Assembly: GCF_001194135.2 (NCBI RefSeq) | Contig: NC_068988.1 | Span: 29,489,168-29,553,167 of the forward strand | DNA: 64,000 nucleotides | Origin: Octopus bimaculoides | Lineage: Eukaryota | Direction of reading: 5' to 3' | Shown: one piece after another, positions 35,638 through 48,005 of the stretch | Layout: each line of letters opens with the position of its first letter | Position numbering within the stretch: the stretch's first letter is position 1 | Program-made: the position numbers and the translations under genes | The notes under the pieces: generated by a model | What the model saw: only the letters and a program-made list of their open reading frames with translations | What the model was told of the DNA's origin: nothing | The model's database searches: none

Positions 35638-36330
35638 TCTGAAGAAGTTAGGGGTAAATGAGTGGATTGTGAAAGCTGTACAAGCCATGTACAAAGGTGA
35701 TGTCAGTGAGTATAGTGATGAATCTAGTGTAGAGATAGGCATCCATCAGGGTTCAGTTCTCAGTCCCTTCCTATTCGTCATTGTCCTCCAGGCCATAAAA
35801 TAGGAATTCCAGACTGGTTGTCCCTGGAACTATTATATGTTGATCTTCATCTTGTAGCAGATTCTGTTACAAAACTAGAAAAAAAATTCCAGATGTGGAA
35901 GCAAAACCTGGAATCAAAGGGCTTAATTGTTAACTTAGTAGAAATTAAGGTTCTAAGTAAGCAAGAAAATATGTAGGACTTTCCCTCATCAGGCAAATGG
36001 CCCTGCTCGATATGTAGAAAAGGTTGTTGGTAGGAATTCTATAATAATATACTCAGTGCAAGTTATGGACACAGAAGAGGTGCAGTGGAACAATAGGAGG
36101 TTAACAGAGAAGGTGGTGTTTGTTTTTGGAAGATGCACAGGAGCCATAAAAACTACAGATACTCAGTAAATCGATTTTATCAAATGCTCCAGAGGCTCTT
36201 TAGCGGTAGTAGATAATTTCTTCTACCTAGGGTACCTAATTAGCTATGGGAGAGGATGCTCTGAAAGTGTAATCACTAGAATAAGATTGGATAGAGAAAA
36301 TTCAGAGCTTTTGCCTCTGTTGGCAACCAA

Positions 36331-36378
<48 letters not shown>

Positions 36379-36935
36379 GAAAGGAAGATTGTATGATGCA
36401 TGTATACGAACAACAATACTACGTGGTAGTGAGACATGGGCTCTGAATGCAGAAAACATGCAAAAGCTACTAGAGAGGAATGAAACTAGTATGCTCTGCT
36501 GGATGTGCAATGTCAGTGTACATGTGTGACAGAGAATTAGTGTTATGAGGGAAAAGTTGGGCAAAAGAGGAATTAGAAGTAGTGTGCAAGAGAGAAAACT
36601 ATATTGGTTTGGTCATGTGATGTATATGGATGTAAACAGTTGTATACAGAAGTGCTGATCACTTAAAGGGGACAGAGTTTGTGGAAGAGGGAGACACTGG
36701 GCCTTATGAAGGAGATAAGTAATGACTGAAATATCTGGTGCACTGCTGGTGCCATGTAAAAAGCACCCAGTACACTCTATGGAGTGATGGGCATTAGGAA
36801 GGGCATTCAGCTGTAGAAACCATGCCAGACCAGACAATGGAGTCTGGCACCACCCCTTGCCTTACCAGCTCCAGTCAAAATGTGCAACCCATGTCAGCAT
36901 GGAAAACAGATGTTAAGTGATGATGATGATGGTGA
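35638..36935 (+). mobile_element. 5'-truncated RTE LINE: decayed RT, Cys-rich insert, C-terminus and family R 3' UTR
   Basis: LKKLGVNEWIVKAVQAMY, GIHQGSVLSPFLF, LLYVD-L (decayed YADD), CSICRKG, QCKLWTQKRCSG, VKGRLYDACIRTTILRGSETW and WFGHV, then ggcattaggaagggcattcagctg...(GAT)n. Confidence 0.92.
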
Positions 36936-37542
36936 TTTATTGAATGACTAATTTAACTTATTAATGTAAGGGGATGTAACTCAACACTGATTTTACAATG
37001 GTCCAGCCTTTACCAGCATTAAACATGAATGGTTAAATGATGGTGATGATGTATATGCAAACACATGAACACACACATATAGCTGTGCGCGTGCGTGTTT
37101 TGGCCTTTTGTATTCTGTCTACCAAATTCCTCTCATTAGGCATTGGCCAACCCAATTCTACTTGGTTGCAAAGTGAACTTCTTAATGATGCAGCTATGCT
37201 TGTATCTACACATACTTACACACTCACACATGTGCACATAAACTCACATGAACAACACATACACACACACACTGTGTGTTTTCCAGTTTTTAGAATAGAT
37301 ACTACACACACATACACACTCACACATGTACACACAAACTCACATGAACAACACACACACACAAACACCCACACACTGTGTTTTCCAGCTTTTACAATAG
37401 ATACTATTTTTTCTTCAGTCTTATTTAGGGCAACGAAAACGAGTGACTAAAAACTGTGAAAGGGCATCCAGCCATAAAACACTGTCACAAAAGTCTTATT
37501 TACTACACACCCTGCTTGAGAAAGTGTATGTAAAAAAATGAC

Positions 37543-37544
<2 letters not shown>

Positions 37545-37585
<41 letters not shown>

Positions 37586-37602
37586 TGATGATGATGATGA
37601 TG
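37545..37602. repeat. (AAT)n-(GAT)n compound microsatellite
   Basis: Directly visible. Confidence 0.95.
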
Positions 37603-40149
37603 AATATGCTCATAAAAAATTAACAAAAGAAGAAATCTATGTATATTCTTTTGGTTTAACACATTGCTTATTGTTGTCCTAGTGGTGACTAACTGATCAA
37701 TAACATATTTGATTTTGTGAAAAATATACTCCAGACTAAAATTTTGCAGTGGTGGTACACAGAAATCTCAATAATGAATGATTAGTTTGCAGCTTGGTAA
37801 AACAGACACCATGTTTCCTCCTACCCACTAATTGTGCAAAACAGATAGATTGTCTAGACTGTTTTCATAGTTAAATTAAAATATGTCATCACTACTTACT
37901 CAGAAAATATAGATAAAAAATTACTTTTAGACATGACAGTTTGTGAGATATTAAATTTGTACATTACCGCTATAATTAATTTGATTTTGACTTCTTGAAT
38001 TCAAACTTGTTTACATTAAGTCAATTTATCAAAAATAGACTATTCTATGAAAATGTATATCCAGATTTCATAAATTTCTATCCCTTTACATTTTAAGATA
38101 TATACATTACAGATAAAACTCAATTGCAGGTAAATTACAGGTAAAACTCAAATGATAATCCACCTGCAACATAATGTGCTGCTCAGTTATGCTGCCAAAG
38201 AACGCTCATAAATGTACAATTTATTTTATGATTATAAAGAAATGTTCTATCATAATTAATCCTTGAAATAATTTTAAAGTTTTAAAATGCTAAAGTTTCA
38301 TAAATGTTGGTCAACTTTAGCTGCAGGGCCCAGTTGGGAGCATTTGAAATGATAAGCATAATGTTACTCCCATTATGATAATTGCAGTATAACAATATTG
38401 GTCATGTTGTACAATATAATTGCATTTCTGCCGGGTTCTTTTTTCTCTTCATAGCTTAACAAATAAGTAACCATTTCTAATTTTTCAATTTATAAGACTT
38501 ATTAAGAATTCTATTTACATTGAAAATTAAGAATATGTTCACCTTTCTATCACTCTGAACTACAATTAATGATACTTATAAACAGTTGAAGTAAAAAAAA
38601 AGAGAGAATTAGTTTTGTATTCAAAATTATAGTGTCTAGTTGATTATTATTATGGAAAATAAATTCATTTGAAAAAAGTGGGACATAATTTTTTTTCAAG
38701 TGAATTCATAGAAATAACTTCATCAATATAAGTATGCTTGTATAGTTTGATTTTTTTTTCAGTCTTGTGAATTGAAGTAGATTTATATTTATTTAACCTA
38801 TTGAAATTTTCATTGTTAAATCAACTGTCATCTTCAGCTAGAATATTGTATATACAAAGACTTTGGATTAGTAATTCAAATATTTTATCTATCTATAATC
38901 CATAAGTGATAACCTAACATACTTACTCTAAGAGGTTATAGATTTAAACTATTTCTTAGATGACATTCATTTAAATAAAATCTTATATTTGATGGAAACA
39001 ATGACCAAATTTGAAAGACTTAAAAGTTGGTCTAAATGTTAGATTGGTTGGATATTATTGTGAGCTTCTTTTATATTTATATCTAACCATTAATCTTCAG
39101 TTTATAACATTTTGGGTATGTTTATCAAACTGAATTTCCTAGCAGACTTAATTATGTTCATGTGTAGTTGAATTATACTTACCTGACTATTCAAACTGCT
39201 GCCTTTTCATAGATTATATCTTACTTAATTCAACATACTTAAAGTGAAAAAGAAATTTTCTGCAGTGGTAATTTTTCACGAATAATTTAGATTTGGAAAA
39301 TAAAGCAAAATAATGATAAAATCAATATATTCAGATGTGGTGCTTTGTGAAATAATGAACTGATGTCTAGCTTTAGCAGACTTAGCTCAATGTACATGAA
39401 TCAAAGAGTAAAAATTTTATATTTGATGAAATAGGATAAATATCTTTAGAATCAAAGAGTGATAGAAAGAAGAACCATTGAAATTATTCTCTTTCAAGTG
39501 ATGTAATTTGATAAAATAGAAGCCACAAAAATAATTCAAAACTAAATAGCAAAATACATTTTTTCTCATGATATCAGTGATACTTTAATCTTGTTTTGTA
39601 TCTGTTTGTATTTCTAAAGTATTTTTAAAAATCATTTTATATGATATCATTTATACGAAGAGTATATATGCTGAGGATATTTGTAAGATAATTTAGCATA
39701 TAGTTCTTTTACATTTCTTTTCTTTAATTTTCTTTTTTTTTTTTCTTTTTTTGAAATGGTATGAAACAATATATAGACATTTCAGTCTATTGGTACATTT
39801 TCATAAATTAATTGTATGGCTCTCTTTTGCAAGTTCTTAGACTCATATAATCTATCATATTTATAGTATTTAAATAAACTGACATAAGGAGCTAACTTTG
39901 CTATACAATGACTGAGGTCAAATCTGGACAAAAAAGAAGGAAGCCATTGTGTAGAATTGTTTACAGATCAGAGGATGTGAACAGGATTAGTCAATAGTGC
40001 TTATTTACTTGGTTATTAAACCAATGAAGATGATGATGATGATGATGATGATCATGACGATGCCACTGTAACTGGTAAAAGCAATTTTTAGTAAGGTTAA
40101 GCATTTGATAAAACAAAGATAATATAAATTAAGATAGTATATTAGTTAA

Positions 40150-40240
40150 CTAGAAGAAATACCCGGCGTTGCCCGGGTTAAAGAGAATAATGAAATCTAA
40201 AAACGCCGTCTAGACTACGCATCATCTTTATATATAGAGA
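40150..40240 (-). mobile_element. 91-bp non-autonomous mini-Helitron
   Basis: Minus strand reads A|TCTCTATATATAAAG...ACCCGGGCAACGCCGGGT (hairpin)-ATTTCTT-CTAG|T, giving canonical TC and CTAG termini in an AT target. Confidence 0.85.
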
Positions 40241-40359
40241 TGTATATACACACACGCACCCAAACACACGTATATATATGTATATCAATATAAATATATG
40301 AAAGTCAATGAAGTTTCGTAAAAGAAGGTGATCATGTACATACTTTCTTGCTGTTGTGA

Positions 40360-40535
40360 TTATAACACCTCATTGTAAACTATGTTCCTTGTTTTCCCTT
40401 GTGGAGCATATACAAATAGGTTTTTTGTTGCTGCCCACTCTTGAGCAGCCAACATGCAGTTGTCCATGTGAGAAGCAGGGCTCTTCCAAGAGAAGACCAG
40501 CTACAGACAGTGTTTGACCCTGATATTTGCTTATG
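40360..40535 (-). pseudogene. Helitron Rep/helicase (Pif1-like) C-terminal fragment
   Basis: ISKYQGQTLSVAGLLLEEPCFSHGQLHVGCSRV, then one frameshift to KNLFVYAPQGKTRNIVYNEVL*; matches the helicase motifs INKSQGQT and FSHGQLYVAxSRV. Confidence 0.9.
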
Positions 40536-41223
40536 NNNNNNNNNNNNNNNNNNNNNNNNNNNNNNNNNNNNNNNNNNNNNNNNNNNNNNNNNNNNNNNNN
40601 NNNNNNNNNNNNNNNNNNNNNNNNNNNNNNNNNNNNNNNNNNNNNNNNNNNNNNNNNNNNNNNNNNNNNNNNNNNNNNNNNNNNNNNNNNNNNNNNNNNN
40701 NNNNNNNNNNNNNNNNNNNNNNNNNNNNNNNNNNNNNNNNNNNNNNNNNNNNNNNNNNNNNNNNNNNNNNNNNNNNNNNNNNNNNNNNNNNNNNNNNNNN
40801 NNNNNNNNNNNNNNNNNNNNNNNNNNNNNNNNNNNNNNNNNNNNNNNNNNNNNNNNNNNNNNNNNNNNNNNNNNNNNNNNNNNNNNNNNNNNNNNNNNNN
40901 NNNNNNNNNNNNNNNNNNNNNNNNNNNNNNNNNNNNNNNNNNNNNNNNNNNNNNNNNNNNNNNNNNNNNNNNNNNNNNNNNNNNNNNNNNNNNNNNNNNN
41001 NNNNNNNNNNNNNNNNNNNNNNNNNNNNNNNNNNNNNNNNNNNNNNNNNNNNNNNNNNNNNNNNNNNNNNNNNNNNNNNNNNNNNNNNNNNNNNNNNNNN
41101 NNNNNNNNNNNNNNNNNNNNNNNNNNNNNNNNNNNNNNNNNNNNNNNNNNNNNNNNNNNNNNNNNNNNNNNNNNNNNNNNNNNNNNNNNNNNNNNNNNNN
41201 NNNNNNNNNNNNNNNNNNNNNNN
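40536..41223. other. Assembly gap inside the Helitron
   Basis: Ns. Confidence 1.
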
Positions 41224-41416
41224 GACATGAGTGTTTTTGTTTCACTTTTGACACGTAATACGTAAATAGTGGAGGAGATATTATGTTGCCGTGTGCTCGA
41301 ACTCTGCGAGAAGTTAAACATTTTTTTTTGACTAAAACACAACTGGAACCCTAAGTAAGGCATGTGTAAAATTTGAATGAAATTGGTTGCGTAGTTCTCG
41401 AGTTTTAGGGATTCAC

Positions 41417-41471
<55 letters not shown>

Positions 41472-41497
41472 CACATTCTCATTTTTATATATATAGA
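41224..41497 (-). mobile_element. Helitron 5' end with (CTGT)n microsatellite
   Basis: A|TCTATATATATAAAAATGAGAATGTGTGTCTGTCTG...AACCAATTTCATTCAAATTT, the typical non-autonomous Helitron 5' layout. Confidence 0.8.
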
Positions 41498-41694
41498 TAG
41501 CTTTATTAGACAGATTGATGGAAACAATTCTCATTTCAATTTCTTCAAAGTGTATTTGATAAGAAAATCATAGACAAATGAATTTCTAGGATATTGAAGG
41601 TTGTTTAGTGATTTGTTGTATTTTATACCTTGAATTTAACACTGTTATAAAATTTTCTACTTTCATTATTTGGACAATCCTAATGTCCTCTCTC

Positions 41695-41960
41695 TTGTGT
41701 ATCATTGTTGTAGCTGACATTGTAGATGATGTTCTCATGTACACTTGTATTTGCATGAGCCAATGACAAAGCCTTTGCTTTGAAGCTTGATCTGCTAGAA
41801 AAATCAGTCAAATCTCCCTGAAATCACACCTTACGATCCTGAAATAGAAAAGGTTGGATAATATAGTCTGAGTACATAATGCCTAAAAAAATGATGGGAT
41901 GGTCATGGTCAGAATATCTTTGGTTAAGATTACAACTGACCTATGACTAAATAACAATCT
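41695..41960. repeat. Dispersed repeat family E (also ~3340-3490, 6790-6905, 24580-24955, 33420-33630, 43920-44185, 46490-46670)
   Basis: Shared blocks gggatggtcatggctggaatg..tttgatc, ctgctagaaa..agc.aaatctc and aaacaacaac. Confidence 0.6.
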
Positions 41961-44220
41961 TAGCTAAGTCATTTATATTTGTATCAAGTCCTTTCAGAGT
42001 ATTTCAATATCTTAATGACCGTCACTGAAAGTCTTTAAATTTTGCCTGCCCTCATACTCTTCATAATTTTCTTATCCTATTAAAATGTACATTCTTTAAT
42101 GTGTCATTTTTTATTTTTTCTTAGAATGTGATTTGAGAGTGATTTGTCTGCTATTTCTAGTAGGATTAGCAACCACATAGAGCTTCCTCAATGGTTGAAC
42201 TGCTTCTTTTGACATCTGTAATACGTTGATGTAGAAATGTAGAAATTTATAAAGAAACTTCTTTTTATATGATTTTTATTTCAGTAGTTGTCTTGCTTTT
42301 GTAAATCGATGGCAACCAAAAATGATATGAAACCAAAAAAAATGTTTGATTTTTGACTGAAAATAAATTTAAAAGAATTATACACTATAAATGAAAATTT
42401 ATTGACCGTTAGATGGTTGTGATAGAAATAGGGATGAAAATTGTTTTAGATATTTCCATCATTTAAAAAGTCATTGTTTCCAAACACTATTTCAAAGCAG
42501 ATCAGTCTTTTCACTTTAGCATTATTATCAGAACTTTATGTTGTATTTTCTAAATATAATGGCAATTTTTTATTTTCTTTTATTACTCTATATTGATTCT
42601 AATATTTCAATTCTGGTAATACCATTTTTGGCCCACATTTTTCTGAATCAATATTAAACACAGTGCCAAGTTTTTAAATACTTTACCTTTCCATTCCTAT
42701 CTCAAAGATATTAAAATTTGAATATTGCTACTTCCTATGATGTACCTGCAACAGTAGAATTTTCTAAAAGATAATAATCATTATGGTTTAGTTATATTTT
42801 AATTTAATTTTAAATTATCATATTTCTTGATGAAATTATTATAGTGAGACATTATTTGCCATTCTTTCATCAAAAGTTTGTATGTACACATTTTTTTTTT
42901 TATCTTTCCACAAGAAAACAGTAGCAACATTTCAAAACTTTTGCTGAAGCTTGAAATATTAGATGTCTAAATATCTGAGAATTGTTCTCAATAAAATTTT
43001 AATTGTTTTGACTATTAACCTTCTCTTTAGACATGAAATAATTTTCAATATTATATTTATATTTTTCAGTCAGTTTGATATCTAATCTTTATTGAGTATC
43101 TTATGTCTGCTGTGAAGGTAGAAATTATAAATCAAAATTATTTCTGGATGATACTGGATTTTTCTATTCTCTTCTAATGAATAATCCTTTAAATCTTTCC
43201 AATGTTAAAAATTTCAATACTAGAGTTCATCAAAGTTACAAACATTTTCTGCAATTCTTCATTTGGTTTTGCAATATTTCAATGACAAGGAGGAACAAAA
43301 ACATTGTTTGGTTATGTTGTTTAGGGCAATTTTCTGAGTACTGTATAGTTTTTAATCCATTGTTTTCTCATTAAATACTTTAAAAAACATTTCAAACCCT
43401 CGTTTTTAACTTCATTCATAATAAAAGAAAATATTTTATTGCTTTTTACATATAATTAAATATTTTTTCCAACAAACTAGCTAACCTACCGATTAATGTT
43501 AGCCATGTTACTCAATTATAGAAAATAACGTTGAATCTATGTGATTAAAAGATTTAAATTCATATGCAAAAAGATTTCACTTTTGTATATATAAAAAAAA
43601 TATATTTTCTCTATTTATTCCAAATATAACAAAAACAATTATAATTATGAACAAAGCAAAACAAACAAAAGTTGATCACACATACTTAACCATTAGGAGA
43701 GCCATAGGTGGATGATTTGATGGGGTGCTAGGCTACAAGCTGAAACATCAGTAGATCATATCTTGTGACTCACTATCATGCTCTGTTTCCAGAGTTATCA
43801 GTAGGTATCAAGGATAGGATAACTTATATCTGAAACCTGCTTGTAACAGTAAGTAATTTCATTCTTTGATATCTTCTGTATAATGGTAGAATTAGAGAGT
43901 GTTTCCGTAGTTTCTAGTGTCACTGAGCGCTAAGCTCTTTCAAGTTGATTTACCTTTGATGAATACCCCACAAGCTAACATTGTCTTTGATCTGTTGGAA
44001 ACAGCAACTAAGTTTCCTTCAAATCCCACCCTACAATTTTCAGAAAAGAAAGGAAGATGGAATGATATAAGGCTAGATACAATATATCTGGCGAGGAAAA
44101 AAAGGATGAGATGGTTAAGGCTAGAATGTCTTTGATCATGTTTTGGTCAGTCAGGTCTGACCTGGGGTTAAATAGCTACAGCATCATGATAAAGAAGGTT
44201 TCAGTATTGTCCTTTTGAGT

Positions 44221-44338
44221 TTAACCCTTTAGCATTTAAACTGGCCATAACTGGCCCAAATATTCTGTGTTTTATGCTAGAACTGACCAGATCCAACCTC
44301 TCATACCTCCACTACAATGTCATTCTAAAAATAAACAC
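44221..44338 (+). mobile_element. piggyBac-type MITE end (family D)
   Basis: TTAA|CCCTTTAGCATTTAAACTGGCC start; homologous to 10728-10850; partner TIR not seen. Confidence 0.55.
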
Positions 44339-44799
44339 AGCCCTGATCAAACCAGCTAACCCACGCCAGCATAGACAACAGATGTTAAATGATGATGATG
44401 ATGATGATTGTGTGAGTGTGTAGTGTTTCCTTTGTAACTTTTAAATGATATTTCAAAATATATTCAAACAATGAATAATTCACGAGAAAACAGGCTTGAA
44501 GTCCCAGCTGAGTAATTAGAAATCTAAAACTCAGACCACTAGAATTATGAGCCATTCAGTCTTACACACGTAACAACATACATGATTCCTACCACCATCA
44601 ATGCTGCACACTCTCATATTGAATTACCTGAAGCTGAAGCTTCACTTTGTCCCAACTGTGAGTTTCCTCTTTCATTACACCTCCTTCAATATAACTACTT
44701 ACCTTGTACTCAGGATATTTCCTTCCTTTTTTAGTACACACTAACACCTAAATTATTTTCTTGCAGTTGAATGGTTAAAATGTTTTCTATTATTTCATG

Positions 44800-44955
44800 T
44801 TAAATACCGGTGGGGCTCAGAAGCTTGCTTTGCAGTCACATGCCGGTTCAGTTCCACAGCATAGCACTTTGGGCAAGTGTCTTCTACTAAAGCCTTGAGC
44901 CAACCAAGGCCTTGTGAGCATATTTGGTGAATGGAAACTGTGTGGAAGCCTGCCA
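44800..44955 (+). mobile_element. SINE family A, 5' half
   Basis: ggttcagttccac...ttgggcaagtgtcttctact...ggaaactgtgtggaagcc. Confidence 0.8.
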
Positions 44956-45002
44956 TGTATATATCATTTTCTTCCTTTCTCCATCTGCTTCTCTCCTTAT
45001 TC

Positions 45003-45038
45003 CTTTCTGAAGAAGAGCATAGGCTTGAAATGTCAAAA
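45003..45038 (+). ncRNA. Degenerate minimal type I hammerhead ribozyme motif (Penelope pLTR-like)
   Basis: CTTT-CTGAAGA-A-GAGC-ATAG-GCTT-GAAAT-GTC-AAAA. Confidence 0.55.
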
Positions 45039-45131
45039 ACTTTTCCATTTTTCCTGTGCATCAAACTAATACACCTTGTTTGTTGTTTCCTCACCTGTCT
45101 TTGTCTTTTGTTTCTTTTTTGTACAATTTTG

Positions 45132-45158
<27 letters not shown>

Positions 45159-45162
<4 letters not shown>

Positions 45163-45570
45163 GGTGCAGGAGTGGCTGTGTGGTAAGTAGCTTGCTTACC
45201 AACCACATGATTCCGGGTTCAGTTCCACTGCGTGGCACCTTGGGCAAGTGTCTTCTACTATAGCCTCGGGCCGACCAAAGCCTTGTGAGTGTATTTGGTA
45301 GATGGAAACTGAAAAGAAGCCCGTCGTATATATGTATGTATATGTATGTATATGTTTGTGTGTCTGTGTTTGTCCCCCTAGCATTGCTTGACAACCGATG
45401 CTGGTGTGTTTATGTCCCCGTCAGCTAGCGGTTCGGCAAAAGAGACCGATAGAATAAGTACTAGGCTTACAAAGAATAAGTCCTGGGGTCGATTTGCTCA
45501 ACTAAAGGCCGTGTTCCAGCATGCCCGCAGTCAAATGACTGAAACAAATAAAAAAAAAAGAAGAAAAAAA
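45159..45570 (+). mobile_element. Young full-length SINE family A inserted next to (TA)n
   Basis: ggtgcaggagtggctgtgtggtaag (A-box), gggttcagttcc (B-box), ccttgggcaagtgtc (CORE-like), CpGs retained, A-rich tail. Confidence 0.92.
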
Positions 45571-47244
45571 AAGAGCGTATATGTAGGTGTGTCTTTGTGT
45601 GAGTGTTTGGCCACCCTCGCCACTTGACAACTGGAGTTGATTTGTTTGAATAAACTCTTCAAGGCACTGCCCCAGCATGACCACAGTCCAGTGGCTGAAA
45701 CAAGTAAATACTAAAAAGTAAAGAGAGAGGTCAATTGCTTTTAATACCACCATTAAAAGAAAATAATAGCGGTGAGAAAAAGAAATTGAAAGAATAGTTA
45801 CTGATTGTTTTACAAGGAACCTTTTGACAACATTGGGTTTTGTTTCTTGTTTCCTTTCATTTCTGCCATCTAATTTTTAAAAAGACTCTACAGCTCTGTT
45901 AGGAATAAATTAATCAACACAACCTTCGCATAAATAATGTGGCTGTTCAAAATGGCATGAGGTATATTGTTACAATTGACAGTGCAGTCATTTTTGCTGC
46001 TTGCCAGAAAGGCGACTGCAAAAATCTAAAACTGATGTTTGATCTCTGTGCACTTCCTTTCTTGCTTGTACTGCTGTTAAAATAAATGAAAGGTATTTGC
46101 AATACAAATACTTATCTCTCAAGACTCGTGCAAAGTGGTATAAAACATTATAGTTGTGCATAGTTTAACACAAAAGACTAGAAAACTTATCTTTCCTTTA
46201 TATCTTTTTTGAAACTTTTTGCAATATAGAGTGAGATCCCATAAAAGACTGCCTAAAAATAGAGTCAGTAAAATAATTTTTGAGCTTGTGAAGTAGTTTA
46301 CATGTAGTTCCTGAAACAGCTAAAACTCATTTTTGTCCTGAAAATGATATCTAAACAAAATACTCATGATAAAACTGTGAACCATAAAAAATACTGAATA
46401 AGCAGTATCAAGGTTTTGTTCTTGTGAAGTATTTCTATGTAATTTTTGTGGCTATTTCTGAACAGCAGCAAAGAAATGAGTCAATGGAGAACCTATATTT
46501 GGTCACTCAACCTGCTAGAAATAGTTGTTAAATCTCTCTCAAATCATACAGTTTCTTATAATAAAAAGAAAAAAAAAGATAAACCATCTGTGAAGTTGGG
46601 ATGGTCATGGCTGGAATGCTTTTGATCATGGCTCATTTTGATAAGTGTTGGTCTGGTGTCAAATAACATCATCAACAAAGAAACTATCAGTTTTATGTTC
46701 TGTAAAGCAAAATCAATAAACCAGGTGTTAAATTTTAATGACTATTTATGAAATTTAAAAAAATTTTTTATGCTTTCAGAAAACTTAATGGCCAGGAGTA
46801 GAACCAATTGCAAGGATACTGTTCATTACAACAAAGTCACTCACGAACATTAATGCTACAAGTATTTTAACAGTATTTCAAGGTAAATGTTTTGTTCTCA
46901 TCAAATTTAAGTAGCATTTTAAATTAAAACAATTTAAAGGAAGTTTAATAACAATTATTAGCAACACATTAAAGCACATCACCACTGCCCATATTTTGTC
47001 AATAAAAAACAGAGCTCAGACTTTTCCTTTATCTAAAACAGGTAATGTGAACGCAATCATGTGGCAAATAATGTTTTGTTAGACAACTGGAGGTAAACAT
47101 TAATGGGAATTTGTTGTTCTTCATGCTTTGTCTAAAGGCATTATGAATCCAAGTTTACAGAAAAAGTTACATTTGAAGAATCATGACTGTTTGTAGACTC
47201 AATTTGTCAACATACTATGGATCATTTTTTTTATCATCATCATC

Positions 47245-47445
47245 ATCATCATCATTTTAATGTTCACTTCTCCATGCTTACATGGGTTGAATGGAGTTTA
47301 TTAAGGCAGATTTTTCTATGACCAAATTCCCTTTCTGTTGCCAGCAATCACCTGTTTCCAAGCAAGGTAATATTTTCTCATGGCCAGACATGGCCACAAT
47401 GCTAATTTACAACCATCACACAATGTCAAGATGAGGAGATACAAA
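47245..47445 (-). mobile_element. Family H 3' end followed by (CA)/(ATAC)n microsatellite to 47620
   Basis: ttttaatgttcacttctccatgcttacatggg...aaggcagattttt...gccagacatg. Confidence 0.7.
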
Positions 47446-47619
47446 CATGCGCACACTCATACACATACATACACACACATTCATGCACACACCCACACAC
47501 GCGCACATACATACACACACACATGCACACACATACATACACACACACATACATACATATATTCATACATACATACATACATACATACATACATACATAC
47601 ATACATACATACATACATA

Positions 47620-47745
47620 CAATGGGCTTCTTTCAGCTTCTGTCTATTAAATCTACTCACAAGGCTTTTGTTGGCATGAAGCAGTAACCAAACACACTTG
47701 CCATGCAGTATGCCTGAAGCAAACTTCTCAACCACACACAGCCTG
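47620..47745 (-). mobile_element. SINE family A, 5' half
   Basis: gggcttctttcagcttctgtctattaaatctactcacaaggctt. Confidence 0.7.
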
Positions 47746-47919
47746 CATCTCACAACCACATGTGATCAACTATTAACACTTTGGCATCACCAAAGACCGA
47801 AACTTTAGACACATTTTAGTTACATTCCTGGTGTTGTTTTCTTAATTCCTCTCACACATTTTAACTTTCGTTTATACCCTTATAGATTAAGCACTTTGGT
47901 TTGAATATTATTGTATAGT

Positions 47920-48004
47920 CCTTTCTAATTTTGGCACAAAGCCAGAAACTTTGAAGGAAGGGGTACGTCAATTACATCAACCACACAGCCACTCCTGCGC
48001 CTAT
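47920..48004 (-). mobile_element. SINE family A head (25 nt) fused to SINE family B tail
   Basis: Minus strand reads ATAGGCGCAGGAGTGGCTGTGTGGT|TGATGTAATTGACGTACCCCTTCC...TTGTGCCAAAATTAG. Confidence 0.8.
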
Positions 48005-48005
48005 G

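Noticed and set aside
40370-41534. Long ORFs of 238-384 aa
   Set aside because: Mostly N gap; only the Helitron helicase tail at 40360-40535 is real.
45161-45235. tRNA gene
   Set aside because: A and B boxes are present but there is no complete cloverleaf; it continues into a SINE body, as do the heads at 5225, 12141 and 18856.
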